Assembly (NCBI GenBank): GCA_963849285.1
Contig: CAWKGS010000004.1
Location: forward strand, 180,800 to 244,799
DNA from: an uncultured Solirubrobacterales bacterium
GTDB lineage: Bacteria > Actinomycetota > Thermoleophilia > Solirubrobacterales > Solirubrobacteraceae
Direction: 5' to 3'
Length of the DNA: 64,000 nt
Both the position numbers and the translations under genes were made by a program. Under the pieces are notes generated by a model. The model was not told the DNA's origin. It worked only from the letters and a program-made list of their open reading frames with translations, and ran no database searches. Shown piece by piece: positions 22,284-31,758 of the stretch; position 1 is the stretch's first letter; each line of letters opens with the position of its first letter.

Positions 22284-22806
22284 CTTCGCCAGCGGGCTCG
22301 GCAGCGGGGGCCGGCGGCGCGGGCTGGGACTCGGCCGCGACGTGCGCGCCGACCGCGCCGAGCACGCCGGCGAGGAACGCCGCGACGGCCCAGCCCGGGC
22401 CCGACCGCTCCTGCCCGAGCGCGGCGTCGAGCGACAGCTTCCCGGGACCCAGCTCGGCCACCGTCAGCGCCGCCGCGATCAGCACGACGTTGTACTCAAA
22501 GCCGCCCTTGGCTACCCACACGCCGTTCTTGAAGTGCACGCGCTTGATCGCCGTGAGCATCACGGAGGTCAACGCGGCCGCGCTCAGCGGCGTTGCGAAC
22601 CCGAGCGCCAGCGCGGCGCCGCCGCCCGCTTCGCCGACCCCGGCGGCGATCGCGTTCACCCGCCCGGGGCGTATGCCCATCTTCTCGAAGCCCTGTGCCG
22701 TCGCGTCGAGGCCGCTGCCACCGAACCATCCGAACAGCTTCTGCGTGCCGTGTCCGATGAAAAGGCCGCCGACGACCAGCCTGAGCAGAAGACGACTGAT
22801 CTTCAT
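22234..22806 (-). CDS. DoxX family membrane protein
   Basis: Motifs LFIGHGTQKLFGWFGG and GGFEY; RBS GAGGAGG 6 nt before ATG 22806. Confidence 0.9.
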   Translation of the reverse strand: MKISRLLLRLVVGGLFIGHGTQKLFGWFGGSGLDATAQGFEKMGIRPGRVNAIAAGVGEAGGGAALALGFATPLSAAALTSVMLTAIKRVHFKNGVWVAKGGFEYNVVLIAAALTVAELGPGKLSLDAALGQERSGPGWAVAAFLAGVLGAVGAHVAAESQPAPPAPAAEPAGEATQPAPATQEPAPAAR

Positions 22807-22889
22807 TCCCATACCTCCTCTATCGAGCTTGAGACTTGCAACGGTTACCCTAGCAGATGCTTGCTTACACAACTATTGCTGGCGCAACG

Positions 22890-23498
22890 TTATCTGACCG
22901 GCGGATCCAGGACCAGCAGGCCGCGGTCGTAATCGATCGCGATCTTGCCGTAGCGGCTGAGCACGTCCGAGCCCAGCAGGCCGACTGGACCGACGACATG
23001 CCCGCCGGGCGCGGGCGGGCTCTGTGGCACGGCGCTCGAGGCGAGCATCGCCGCGATCGTCGATGGGGGCAGTGCCACGCCCCCGGCGCGCCAGTCGCGG
23101 ACCTGAACATCCTCCGCGCGCGCCGGTCCGCCGACCCCTTGGAGCATGCTGAGCGACCCGGTCACCTTGAGGTGAAGACTCCGCGCGAGCTGGGCTGAGA
23201 TGAGCGAGCGGCTGGCGCCCGTGTCGACCGCGAACGGGAGCGGCCCACGGCCATTGATATAGACGGGCACGAGTGCGAGCGCCTGCCGGTTCGCGTGCGC
23301 GGATGTCGCCACCACCTGGATGCGAACGGTCTGCTCGCCCTTCGGCGTCCCGGGCGTGCTGAGCCGTCCAATCGGGGCCCCGGTCGGGCTTACGATGGCG
23401 GCGCGGTCGGTCGCGGTCGTGTGGTTGGAGGCGCCGCAGCCGACGGCCGCCAGTGCAGCCACCGCGGCCAATCCCGATCTGACCGAGGAGCCGCGCAT
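22890..23498 (-). CDS. Retropepsin-like aspartyl protease lipoprotein
   Basis: Lipobox AVGC, then VDTGASRS and GLLGSD. Confidence 0.8.
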   Translation of the reverse strand: MRGSSVRSGLAAVAALAAVGCGASNHTTATDRAAIVSPTGAPIGRLSTPGTPKGEQTVRIQVVATSAHANRQALALVPVYINGRGPLPFAVDTGASRSLISAQLARSLHLKVTGSLSMLQGVGGPARAEDVQVRDWRAGGVALPPSTIAAMLASSAVPQSPPAPGGHVVGPVGLLGSDVLSRYGKIAIDYDRGLLVLDPPVR

Positions 23499-23529
23499 CC
23501 TTGCGCGACTCTTCCCGATTCTGCTGAGG

Positions 23530-24540
23530 CTAAGCGGCGTCGCGCAGCTGCTCGAGCTCGGCCACGCCCGCCAGGCGGCGCAGTCCACGCTGCTCGAGCT
23601 CGCGAGCCCGCTCGACGGGAATCCCCAGCTCCGAGCCGGCCTCCTTGAGCGAACGCGGCTCCTCGCCCCCGAGACCGAAGCGCAGGCGAATCACGCTGCG
23701 CTCGTCGTCGGGAAGCTGGGCGACGACGTCGTTGACGCGCCGGTCGCGATCGGCTCCGGCCACCAGCTCGGTGGGCCCGGGCCGGTCGCTCGCCAGCAGC
23801 TCGCCCATCGTGGTCTCGCCGTCCTCGCCGACCGTTTGGTCGAGGCTCGCCAGTCCGCGACCGAGCTCCCGAAGCTCGGCGACCTCCTCGACCGGGAGCT
23901 CGGCGACGGCCGCGATCTCCTCGTCGGTGGGCTCGCGCGAGAGGCGCGTGCTCAGGTCGCTCTCGATCTTGCGGACCTTGACCTGCCGTTGCGCGACGTG
24001 CACCGGGACGCGAATCGTGCGGCCGTGGTTCTGAAGCCCGCGCTGGATCGACTGGCGGATCCACAGCGTGCCGTAGGTCGAGAACTTGAATCCGCGGCGC
24101 CAGTCGAACTTCTCGACGGCCCGGATCAGGCCGAGCATTCCCTCCTGAACGAGGTCCTCCATCGGCAGGCCGTGGCCCTGATAGCGACGCGCCTGCGAGA
24201 CGACCAGCCGCAGGTTCGAATTGATCATGCGCTCCTTGGCTTCGAGATCGCCACGCTCGATCCGCTTGGCCAGCTCGATCTCCTCCTCCGCGCTCAGCAG
24301 CGGATGGAGCCGAGCCCGGCGCAGGAACAGCTCGAGCGAGTCCAGACCCGCCGAAGTGAGCGCGGCGACGCCGGCGTCGTTGCGGGCATGGCTCCCGCGC
24401 CGCCGGCTCTGCCGGCGGTTGGCGGTCGCCGATCCACCGCCGCGAGCGCGCTTCTTGGTGTCAAAGTGGTCGCCGTGCGCGTGGCCCGCGCTCTCGCGAC
24501 CCTGTGCTTCAAAGGGATTCAGTGTGTGCTCCAAAGTCAT
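23530..24540 (-). CDS. RNA polymerase sigma-70 factor, RpoD/RpoS-like (group 2, no region 1.1)
   Basis: LLSAEEE, NLRLVV, DLVQEG, AVEKFDWRRGFKFSTY, WIRQ, RTIRVP and a region 4 HTH. Confidence 0.92.
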   Translation of the reverse strand: MTLEHTLNPFEAQGRESAGHAHGDHFDTKKRARGGGSATANRRQSRRRGSHARNDAGVAALTSAGLDSLELFLRRARLHPLLSAEEEIELAKRIERGDLEAKERMINSNLRLVVSQARRYQGHGLPMEDLVQEGMLGLIRAVEKFDWRRGFKFSTYGTLWIRQSIQRGLQNHGRTIRVPVHVAQRQVKVRKIESDLSTRLSREPTDEEIAAVAELPVEEVAELRELGRGLASLDQTVGEDGETTMGELLASDRPGPTELVAGADRDRRVNDVVAQLPDDERSVIRLRFGLGGEEPRSLKEAGSELGIPVERARELEQRGLRRLAGVAELEQLRDAA

Positions 24541-24561
24541 GGGATGTTCGATGAGTGTCGA

Positions 24562-24570
24562 ATTATAACA
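24562..24570 (-). promoter_or_regulatory. Extended -10 promoter element for the sigma factor gene
   Basis: TGTTATAAT on the minus strand, ~22 nt upstream of ATG 24540. Confidence 0.6.
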
Positions 24571-24656
24571 TTGTTCGACGTGCATCGAAGTATGCTCGGA
24601 GGCAGCCGCAACTGCCCCGGACGCACCTTCTTCGTGCCCTCTAGCGGCTTTCCTGC

Positions 24657-26057
24657 ATGCGCCCCGGCGAAACAGGGTGCCCCGCGCGTAGGCTATGCCG
24701 CCTGCCTGCAGCGGATCCATCGCAGGGCCTGTTCTCGGGCCTCTTCGCCCGCGGCGATGCCGCCGCCGCGACCACCGATGCAGCGCTGCTACAGGCGATG
24801 CTCGATTTCGAGCTCGCGCTGATGCGCGCGCTGGCGAACGCCGGACTCGCGCCGCAGGAGGCCGTCGAGGAGCTGGTGAAGGCATGCCGTGAGCCTCCCC
24901 TCGACATCGCCGCGATCGGGCGCTCGGCGGCCGAGAAGGGCACCCCGGTCCCGGGCGTGTTGAGCGCTCTGCGCGAACGGCTCGGAGCGGCGGGCGCCGC
25001 GCACCTGCACCAGGGGGCCACGAGCCAGGACGTCCTCGACACGGCCGTGATGCTCGTGGCTCAGCGATCGCTCGCCCCGATCCTCGACGATCTGGCGGCG
25101 ACCGCCGGCGCTTGCGCGACGCTGACACGCGCCAATCGAGCCACGCTGGAACCCGGGCGCACGCTGCTCCAGCAGGCCCTGCCGTCGACCTTCGGGCTGA
25201 AGGCCGCCGGGTGGCTGAACGCGCTCGACGGCGCCCGCGCGCAGCTGATGCTCGCCCGCGAGCATGTGCCCGCGCTGCAGCTCGGCGGCGCGGTCGGCAC
25301 GCTTGCGGCGCTCGGCGGGCGCGGACTCGAGATCGCCGCGGACCTCGGCGCGCAGCTCGGCCTGATCGTGCCGGAGCTGCCGTGGCATACCAACCGTCAG
25401 CGCCCCGCGCAGCTGGCGAGTGCGCTCGCGATCGCACTCGGGTCGCTGGGGAAGATCGCGCGCGACGTGGTCCTGCTCGCGCAGACCGAGGTGGCGGAGG
25501 TGACCGAGGGCGGCGGCGACGGTCGCGGCGGCTCCTCGACGATGCCGCACAAGCGCAATCCAGTCTCCGCGATCGCGGTGCTGGCGTGCGCGCATCGCGC
25601 CCCCGGACTCGCCGCGAGCGTGCTCGCGGGTATGGCTCAGGAGCACGAACGCGCCGCCGGCGCCTGGCAGGCCGAGTGGGAGCCGCTGCGCGAGCTGCTG
25701 CGACTCACCGGCTCGGCCGCCGTGTCGGCGCGCGAGATGCTCGAGGGGCTGAGCGTCGACGCCGAGCGGATGCGCGCCAACCTGGAGATCGCGGGGTCGC
25801 TGCTGATGAGTGAGAGCGTCGTCGTCGCGCTCGGCGAGTCGATCGGCCGCGCCCGGGCGGGGGAGCTGGTCGAACAGGCGGTGCGCGAGTCCGCTCAGCG
25901 TGGCCGCGACCTGCGCGAGGTGCTGATCGAGAGCCCGGAGGTGTCCGCGCACCTGGGACCGGAGCGGCTCGAGCAGGCGCTCGACCCCGAGCTCTACCTC
26001 GGCGTGAGCACCGAGCTGATCGATCGAGCGCTCGCCGCCCACGAAAGCGGTGCGTGA
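24657..26057 (+). CDS. pcaB: 3-carboxy-cis,cis-muconate cycloisomerase (start uncertain)
   Basis: HQGATSQD, GRTLLQQA and GSSTMPHKRNP; adjacent to pcaD and pcaC. Confidence 0.85.
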   Translation: MRPGETGCPARRLCRLPAADPSQGLFSGLFARGDAAAATTDAALLQAMLDFELALMRALANAGLAPQEAVEELVKACREPPLDIAAIGRSAAEKGTPVPGVLSALRERLGAAGAAHLHQGATSQDVLDTAVMLVAQRSLAPILDDLAATAGACATLTRANRATLEPGRTLLQQALPSTFGLKAAGWLNALDGARAQLMLAREHVPALQLGGAVGTLAALGGRGLEIAADLGAQLGLIVPELPWHTNRQRPAQLASALAIALGSLGKIARDVVLLAQTEVAEVTEGGGDGRGGSSTMPHKRNPVSAIAVLACAHRAPGLAASVLAGMAQEHERAAGAWQAEWEPLRELLRLTGSAAVSAREMLEGLSVDAERMRANLEIAGSLLMSESVVVALGESIGRARAGELVEQAVRESAQRGRDLREVLIESPEVSAHLGPERLEQALDPELYLGVSTELIDRALAAHESGA

Positions 26058-26824
26058 CCCCCGTCGAGCTTCATCACGAGGTCAGCGGGCCGCCCGGCGC
26101 TCCCGTCGTGGTGCTCTCGGGCTCGCTTGGCACGGACCTCTCGATGTGGGAGCCGCAGCTGCCGGTCCTGAGCGAGCACATGCGCGTCGTCCGCTGCGAC
26201 CTTCGCGGCCACGGGGCCTCCCCCACGCCGACCGGCCCCTATTCGATCGCCGATCTCGGCGGCGACCTGCTCGCCCTGCTCGACCGGCTCTCGATCGAGC
26301 GAGCATCGCTGTGTGGGTTGTCGATCGGCGGGATGCTCAGCATCTGGACGGCGGCCCACGCGCCGGCCCGCGTCGAGCGCCTCGCGCTGCTCTGCACCAC
26401 CGCCCGCTTCGAGCCGGAGATCGCTCAGGTGTATCTCGAGCGGGCGCGAGCCGTGCGCGAGCATGGCCTGGAGCCGCTCGCCGACACCATCGCCGCTCGC
26501 TGGCTGACCCCGGACTATGCCGCCGCCCACCCGGCTACGGCGCAGCGTCTGCGCGAGCGCCTGATCGCCACCCCTGCCGAGGGCTATGCGGCGTGCTGTG
26601 AGGCGCTTGCCGCGATGGACCTGCTCGAGGACCTCGCCGCGATCCGCGCGCCGACGCTGATGATCTCCGCGTCCGAGGACGCCGCGACTCCGCCCGAGCA
26701 CGGGCGGCGTATCGCCGAGGGCATCGAGGGCGCGCGGTTCGAGCTCGTCGCTGACGCCGCTCACCTCGCCTCGGTCCAGCAGCCCGCTTCCGTCAACGAC
26801 CTGATCATGGAGTTCTTCGCATGA
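26054..26824 (+). CDS. pcaD: 3-oxoadipate enol-lactonase
   Basis: SLGTDLSMWEPQ, DLRGHGAS, GLSIGG and HLASVQQP. Confidence 0.88.
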   Translation: MTPVELHHEVSGPPGAPVVVLSGSLGTDLSMWEPQLPVLSEHMRVVRCDLRGHGASPTPTGPYSIADLGGDLLALLDRLSIERASLCGLSIGGMLSIWTAAHAPARVERLALLCTTARFEPEIAQVYLERARAVREHGLEPLADTIAARWLTPDYAAAHPATAQRLRERLIATPAEGYAACCEALAAMDLLEDLAAIRAPTLMISASEDAATPPEHGRRIAEGIEGARFELVADAAHLASVQQPASVNDLIMEFFA

Positions 26825-27195
26825 GCGACTACGACGCCGGAATGAACACGCGCCGGGAGGTCCTCGGCGAAGCTCACATCGACCGCGCGGCCGCCGCGGC
26901 GGGGGAGTTCGGCGCGCCGTTCCAGGACTTCATCACCAGCTACGCCTGGGGGGCGATCTGGTCGCGCCCGGGACTGGATCGCCGGACGCGCAGCGCGATC
27001 ACGCTGGCGGCGCTGGTCTCGCTCAAAGCCGAGAACGAGCTGGGGATGCACGTTCGCGCCGCCCTCCGGAACGGCCTGACGCCGGAGGAGATCCGCGAGG
27101 TCCTGCTGCACACGGCGATCTACGCCGGCGTGCCGGCCGCGAACGCCGCTTTCGCGATCGCCAAGCGAGTGCTCGAGGAGGAGGGCGCGATCTAG
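26821..27195 (+). CDS. pcaC: 4-carboxymuconolactone decarboxylase
   Basis: FQDFITSYAWGAIWSRPGLDRRTRS and YAGVPAAN. Confidence 0.9.
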   Translation: MSDYDAGMNTRREVLGEAHIDRAAAAAGEFGAPFQDFITSYAWGAIWSRPGLDRRTRSAITLAALVSLKAENELGMHVRAALRNGLTPEEIREVLLHTAIYAGVPAANAAFAIAKRVLEEEGAI

Positions 27196-27208
27196 CGCGG
27201 CGGCGGCG

Positions 27209-28750
27209 CTACGTCAGCTCGACGACCTGGCCAGAGCGCTCGATCACCTCGGGGTCGTGCGTCGCGCAGATGACCGTCTGCCCATCCTCGGCGGCCGCCG
27301 CGACGAGCAGCTCGGCGACCGCCCCGGCGCCCGCCTGGTCGACCCGCGAGGTCGGCTCGTCGACGATCAGCAGCCCGCGCGCGCTCGCGAGCGCCCGCGC
27401 CAGGGCGACACGCTGTACCTCTCCGGCTGACAGGCGCGCGACGCGCTGGCGCGCGCGATCCGCGAGGCCGACGTTCGCGAGGACGATCGATGCGCGCTCG
27501 CCGGCATCGGCCTCGCTCCACCCGCGCATGCGCAGCGCGAGCACCACGTTCTCCGCGGCGCTGAGGAACGGCACCGGCGCCGGCTCCTGCGGCAGGTAGC
27601 CGATCCGGGCGCGCCGCACGCTCGCCAGCCGTTCGGCGCTCGCGCCGCTGAGTGGCTCGTCGTCGAGGAGCACCTCGCCGGCGTCGGGCCGGTCGAGGCC
27701 GCTCAGCAATCGCAGCAGCGTGGTCTTGCCGACCCCCGAGCGGCCGGTGATCGCGGTCACGGCGCCCGGCTCGAAGGGAACCGTAAGCCCGTCGAGCACG
27801 CGTCGCAGCGCTGCTCCCCGGCCGCGGTTGCGCCGGAGGCCGCGAACCGCCACTCGCGCGGGCTGCCACTGGCCCCGCGCGAGCGAGGTGCGGTGCTCTG
27901 AGGCGGCCTTCAGCGGGTCGCCGCCGTTCACCGCTGTCACGATCACGCCGCCCGACACGAGTCGCACGCGCGCGCGCTCCGCGATCCCCGCGCGCGCCAG
28001 CATCGCAGGCGGCAGATGCAGCAGCCCGCCGCGGCCGACCACGAATGAGTCCTCGCCCTCGCGCCGGTCCTCGACAATCCGTCCGTCGCGGATGCGCACC
28101 GTGCGGTCCGCGATCTCGGCGGTCGCAGGATCGTGTGAGACGAGAATCACGGTCGCCTCGTCGGCGCGCGCGAGCGCGCTGATCAGACCGCGGACGGCGC
28201 CGGCGCTGGCCGCGTCGAGCTCGCCCGTCGGCTCGTCGGCGAGCAGCAGGGCGGGCCGGTGTGCCAGCGCGCAGCAGAGCGCGACCCGCTGGCGCTCGCC
28301 TCCTGACAGCTCGCCCGGGAGGGCTCGCGCGCGCTCGGCCAGTCCGGCGGCCCGCAGCAACTCCGCGACCCGCGCGCGCCGCACCGCCCGCTCGGCGCCC
28401 CGCACCCGCAGCGGCAGGGAGACCGCATCCTCGACGGGCAGATCGGGCGGCAGCGCGGTCTCCGCGTGCTGGCCGAGAAACCCGATCTGCTCGTGACGGA
28501 GCCGCGCGCGCACGCTCGGCCGCAGGCGTCCGACGTCATGCCCCAGGAACCGCACCACGCCGGCCGCCGGCGTCTCGAGCCCGGCGACCACGCGCAGCAT
28601 GGTGCTCTTTCCCGCCCCGCTGGGGCCGAGGACGCACACCACCTCCTGCGCGGCGAACCGGCAGGTCAGGCCCCGTAGCGCGGCGGCATCCCCCTGCGCG
28701 CTTCGATGCACGCAGAACACGTCGTGCAGCTCGACCAGGGAGCCACTCAT
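27209..28750 (-). CDS. ABC exporter ATP-binding protein with two LolD-like ATPase domains
   Basis: GPSGAGKST/LSGGERQR/DEPT, and GRSGVGKTT/LSAGEVQR/DEPT. Confidence 0.9.
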   Translation of the reverse strand: MSGSLVELHDVFCVHRSAQGDAAALRGLTCRFAAQEVVCVLGPSGAGKSTMLRVVAGLETPAAGVVRFLGHDVGRLRPSVRARLRHEQIGFLGQHAETALPPDLPVEDAVSLPLRVRGAERAVRRARVAELLRAAGLAERARALPGELSGGERQRVALCCALAHRPALLLADEPTGELDAASAGAVRGLISALARADEATVILVSHDPATAEIADRTVRIRDGRIVEDRREGEDSFVVGRGGLLHLPPAMLARAGIAERARVRLVSGGVIVTAVNGGDPLKAASEHRTSLARGQWQPARVAVRGLRRNRGRGAALRRVLDGLTVPFEPGAVTAITGRSGVGKTTLLRLLSGLDRPDAGEVLLDDEPLSGASAERLASVRRARIGYLPQEPAPVPFLSAAENVVLALRMRGWSEADAGERASIVLANVGLADRARQRVARLSAGEVQRVALARALASARGLLIVDEPTSRVDQAGAGAVAELLVAAAAEDGQTVICATHDPEVIERSGQVVELT

Positions 28751-31719
28751 CGCGCGAGCCTCCCACGTACCAGCGAGCGCGTCGCGCCCAGGCTAATCGC
28801 GGCCAACGCCGCGATCGCGACCACCGCCCAGAGAGCCAAGGCCGCCCACGGCGTGACCGTGACGACGGGCGGCTGCGGCGCTGCGACCGCGCCCGCCGCT
28901 TGCACCACCGCGATGGCCAGCCTCGTCAGCAGGATCCCGATCGCGACCCCGACCAGAACGCCGGTCGTGCCGACGACCGCCAGCCGCATGCGGAGCTCGC
29001 GGCGCACCGCCCGCGGGCCAAGGCCCTGCGCGAGCAGGTCTGCCTCCACGCGCTCGTCGCGTGCCGCCCCGAGCAGCGCGACCAGCACGCCGATCACCGA
29101 CAGCAGGCCGCCGAGCGCGGTGGCGGCGATCAGCGTTCCGAGCACCCCGCGCGCGATCGGGGCGGACCCCAGCGACCGCTCGATGTCGACCCGGAACGCG
29201 GAGTCGAGCTGCGCCAGCGGCCGGCGCGTCAGCGCCCCGCGAAGGCGGGCCTGATCGGGGGTGGAGATCCACAGCTCGTTGGCCTCACCCTGACCTGGGA
29301 TCGCCGCGTCGAGCGCCGAGGCCAGAGCCGGCTCGTCGGCGACGACGAAGCCCGCGGAGCCGGACTGCACGGTCGGGAAGCGGCGGAGCACGGCGGTGAC
29401 CCGAGCCACCAGCGGGACCTCGTCGACGGTCATCGCGAGCAGGCCGCCGCGGCCCGCCGCGGCCGCGGTGCCCGGGTCGACCAGGACCGGGAGCGGCCGG
29501 TAGTCGATCGGCTGCGCCGGCCGCAGCAGTCCCGAGTCCTCGCCGGTGTCGAACAGGACCAGCCGGCCGCCGCGCCCGGCTGCGCGAAGCGGCCGCACGG
29601 CGCCGACGCCGTGCCAGTCCGCGATGCTCGCGCGGAGCAGCCGCCGCCCTTTGCCGTCCAGCGCGCTCACCGCCGAGAGCGTCAGGGCCTGGCTGCCCTG
29701 GGTGGTCGGCGCGGGGTTCTCGGCGTTCTGATGGCCGTTGGTCGCGGCGAGCCCGGGTGGCGCGTCGAGCTCGAGCGCCTCGAGCTCCCAGCTGCCCGCC
29801 GGGATCCGCCCGCGCAGCACGGTCGGGCCACGCTCGGCGCTGCCGAGCTGCACCTGGTCGACGCCGCCGTCGGGATCGCGCAGGTCCGCGGTCAAGCCGA
29901 CGGCCAGTGACGCGGACTCCACCGTCACCTGCAGCCGGCGCGCGGCCCTCGGAAGTGCCGGCCCGGGTACGCGCGCAGGCCCATCGGCCTCGAGTCGTCG
30001 GGCGAGCGCTCCGATCCGCGTGGCGGCGTCGCCGGCGCGCCAACCGTGGAGCTGAGCCAGGCCGCCGGCTGGCACGCCGAGCGCAGAAACCGTCACCGAT
30101 GCGCCGCCACTGACGAAGCTGGCCTGCGTACGCCGGACCGGGAGCAGCTCCCCACCGGAGAGCGCGCGCCATCGGGCCAGCGGCGCGACCTGAAGCGGAG
30201 TCGCGAAGTCACCACCCGCGGTTACCGTCGCGTCGAGCGGCACCTGGGCGGCAGCCTGGTCGGCGGCGCTGCGGTCGAGCGTCGCACGGTAGGCAAGCGC
30301 GAATGCGCCCAGTCCGGTGCTGACCGCGACGAACGCGATCGCCAGCGACGCCGCCGCCGGTGCCCGCGCCAGATCGACCACCGCAAGGCGCAACAGCAGC
30401 GGACCGCGGCGCGCGAACCGCTCGCTCGCGCGGAGCGCGGCCGCGCTCGCGCGAAACACGAGCACGCCCAGGGCGACGCAGGCCAGCGGCGCGAGCAACA
30501 CCGCCAGTGGATCAGTCCGCCCGGCTCGTGTCAGCGCGAGCGCCAGCGTCGCGACCGCGGCGACCGCGGCCACGTCCGCGACCCGTGCGCTCCTCACGGA
30601 CACCGTCAGCACCAGCAGGATGCACGTGCACATCAGCGCGCCGACGAGCGCCAGCGCCGCCGGAACCGTCAGCAGGCTGTGTGCGAGCACGCCGCCGACC
30701 GGCTCGCCGGCGAGGCCGCTCATCAACGCCGCGACCCCGAGCGCCAGCAGCGCGCCCGTGCCGAGCGCGGCCGCAGCCAGCCACGCGCTCTCCAGCACCG
30801 CGAACAGCGCGCACTGCGCCTCGGTGGCGCCGGCGATCCGCAGCCGGCCTTGCTCCTCGCGCACGTCCCGCCGCAGGCTCGCCGCGGTGAGGATCACGAA
30901 CAGCGCCAGGGCCGTGAGCGCGCCGCCGCCGGCGAGCAGCAGGCGGTTGGGCGCCGCGCTCGCCTGGGCCCTCGCCGCGTCCAGCGCATCGAACGGAGCG
31001 GCGATCGTGAACTGGCCGCCGGTGGCGAGCAGCGACGCCTGCGCGCTCTGCAGCCGCTGCTCGGTCTGCGCGAGCTGCCAGCTGTGCAGGTGGGACGTGT
31101 CGAGCTCGGCGACCCAGTCGTGGGTCCGGTAGACGCCGCTCAGCCCAGGCAGCGTCTCGAGTCCGCTCAGATCGCCGGTCAGGAGCAGGACGCCCTCGTC
31201 GGGCGAACCCGACGGCGAGAACCCGAGGGGCACGGGCGAGGCGAGCGTGGTGCGCGCGAGCAGCGGGATCCGGACGCCGAACGCGCCCAGGACGCGGCGG
31301 TTGACCGACCCGGCCACGAGCATCGGACAGGAGCTCGGCCGGCAGGGTCCGGGCGCCGGCCCGGACGCCCATCGCGGCAGCGGCGAGATCGCGGCCGGGC
31401 GGACCAGGATGCCGTCGAGCCGGACCGGGTTCAGGAGCACGACCTGGGTCTGGGGTCCGAGCCCGAGCTCGCTCAGCAGCGCGGGCGCCTGGCGCCGGAC
31501 GGCGGGCGTGAGCGCGCCCTGCCAGGTGAGGCGCACCGATCGATCAAGCGCTCGCAGGGAGCTGAGGACGCCGCGCGCGGCTTGGTCGCCGGCGATCGTG
31601 CCCTCGGTGGCGACCGCGCCCGCGAAGGCCGCGGCGAGCGCGATCCCGAGCAGCGGCGCCAGCCACCTCCCCGGCCGCCGGCGCGCCCTGGCCGCCACGA
31701 GCATCGCCACGCCGCGCAT
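28747..31719 (-). CDS. Large FtsX-like ABC permease
   Basis: 990 aa with two TM bundles and large extracytoplasmic loops; coupled to the ATPase. Confidence 0.8.
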   Translation of the reverse strand: MRGVAMLVAARARRRPGRWLAPLLGIALAAAFAGAVATEGTIAGDQAARGVLSSLRALDRSVRLTWQGALTPAVRRQAPALLSELGLGPQTQVVLLNPVRLDGILVRPAAISPLPRWASGPAPGPCRPSSCPMLVAGSVNRRVLGAFGVRIPLLARTTLASPVPLGFSPSGSPDEGVLLLTGDLSGLETLPGLSGVYRTHDWVAELDTSHLHSWQLAQTEQRLQSAQASLLATGGQFTIAAPFDALDAARAQASAAPNRLLLAGGGALTALALFVILTAASLRRDVREEQGRLRIAGATEAQCALFAVLESAWLAAAALGTGALLALGVAALMSGLAGEPVGGVLAHSLLTVPAALALVGALMCTCILLVLTVSVRSARVADVAAVAAVATLALALTRAGRTDPLAVLLAPLACVALGVLVFRASAAALRASERFARRGPLLLRLAVVDLARAPAAASLAIAFVAVSTGLGAFALAYRATLDRSAADQAAAQVPLDATVTAGGDFATPLQVAPLARWRALSGGELLPVRRTQASFVSGGASVTVSALGVPAGGLAQLHGWRAGDAATRIGALARRLEADGPARVPGPALPRAARRLQVTVESASLAVGLTADLRDPDGGVDQVQLGSAERGPTVLRGRIPAGSWELEALELDAPPGLAATNGHQNAENPAPTTQGSQALTLSAVSALDGKGRRLLRASIADWHGVGAVRPLRAAGRGGRLVLFDTGEDSGLLRPAQPIDYRPLPVLVDPGTAAAAGRGGLLAMTVDEVPLVARVTAVLRRFPTVQSGSAGFVVADEPALASALDAAIPGQGEANELWISTPDQARLRGALTRRPLAQLDSAFRVDIERSLGSAPIARGVLGTLIAATALGGLLSVIGVLVALLGAARDERVEADLLAQGLGPRAVRRELRMRLAVVGTTGVLVGVAIGILLTRLAIAVVQAAGAVAAPQPPVVTVTPWAALALWAVVAIAALAAISLGATRSLVRGRLAR

Positions 31720-31758
31720 CTCAGACCGCCCTGCGGATGCCGCTCGGACCCCGCATCC

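Noticed and set aside
24541-24590. Possible LexA/SOS box upstream of the sigma factor (CGAAC half-sites)
   Set aside because: No complete CGAAC-N4-GTTCG. The 11-mer shared with 57963-57973 is expected by chance.
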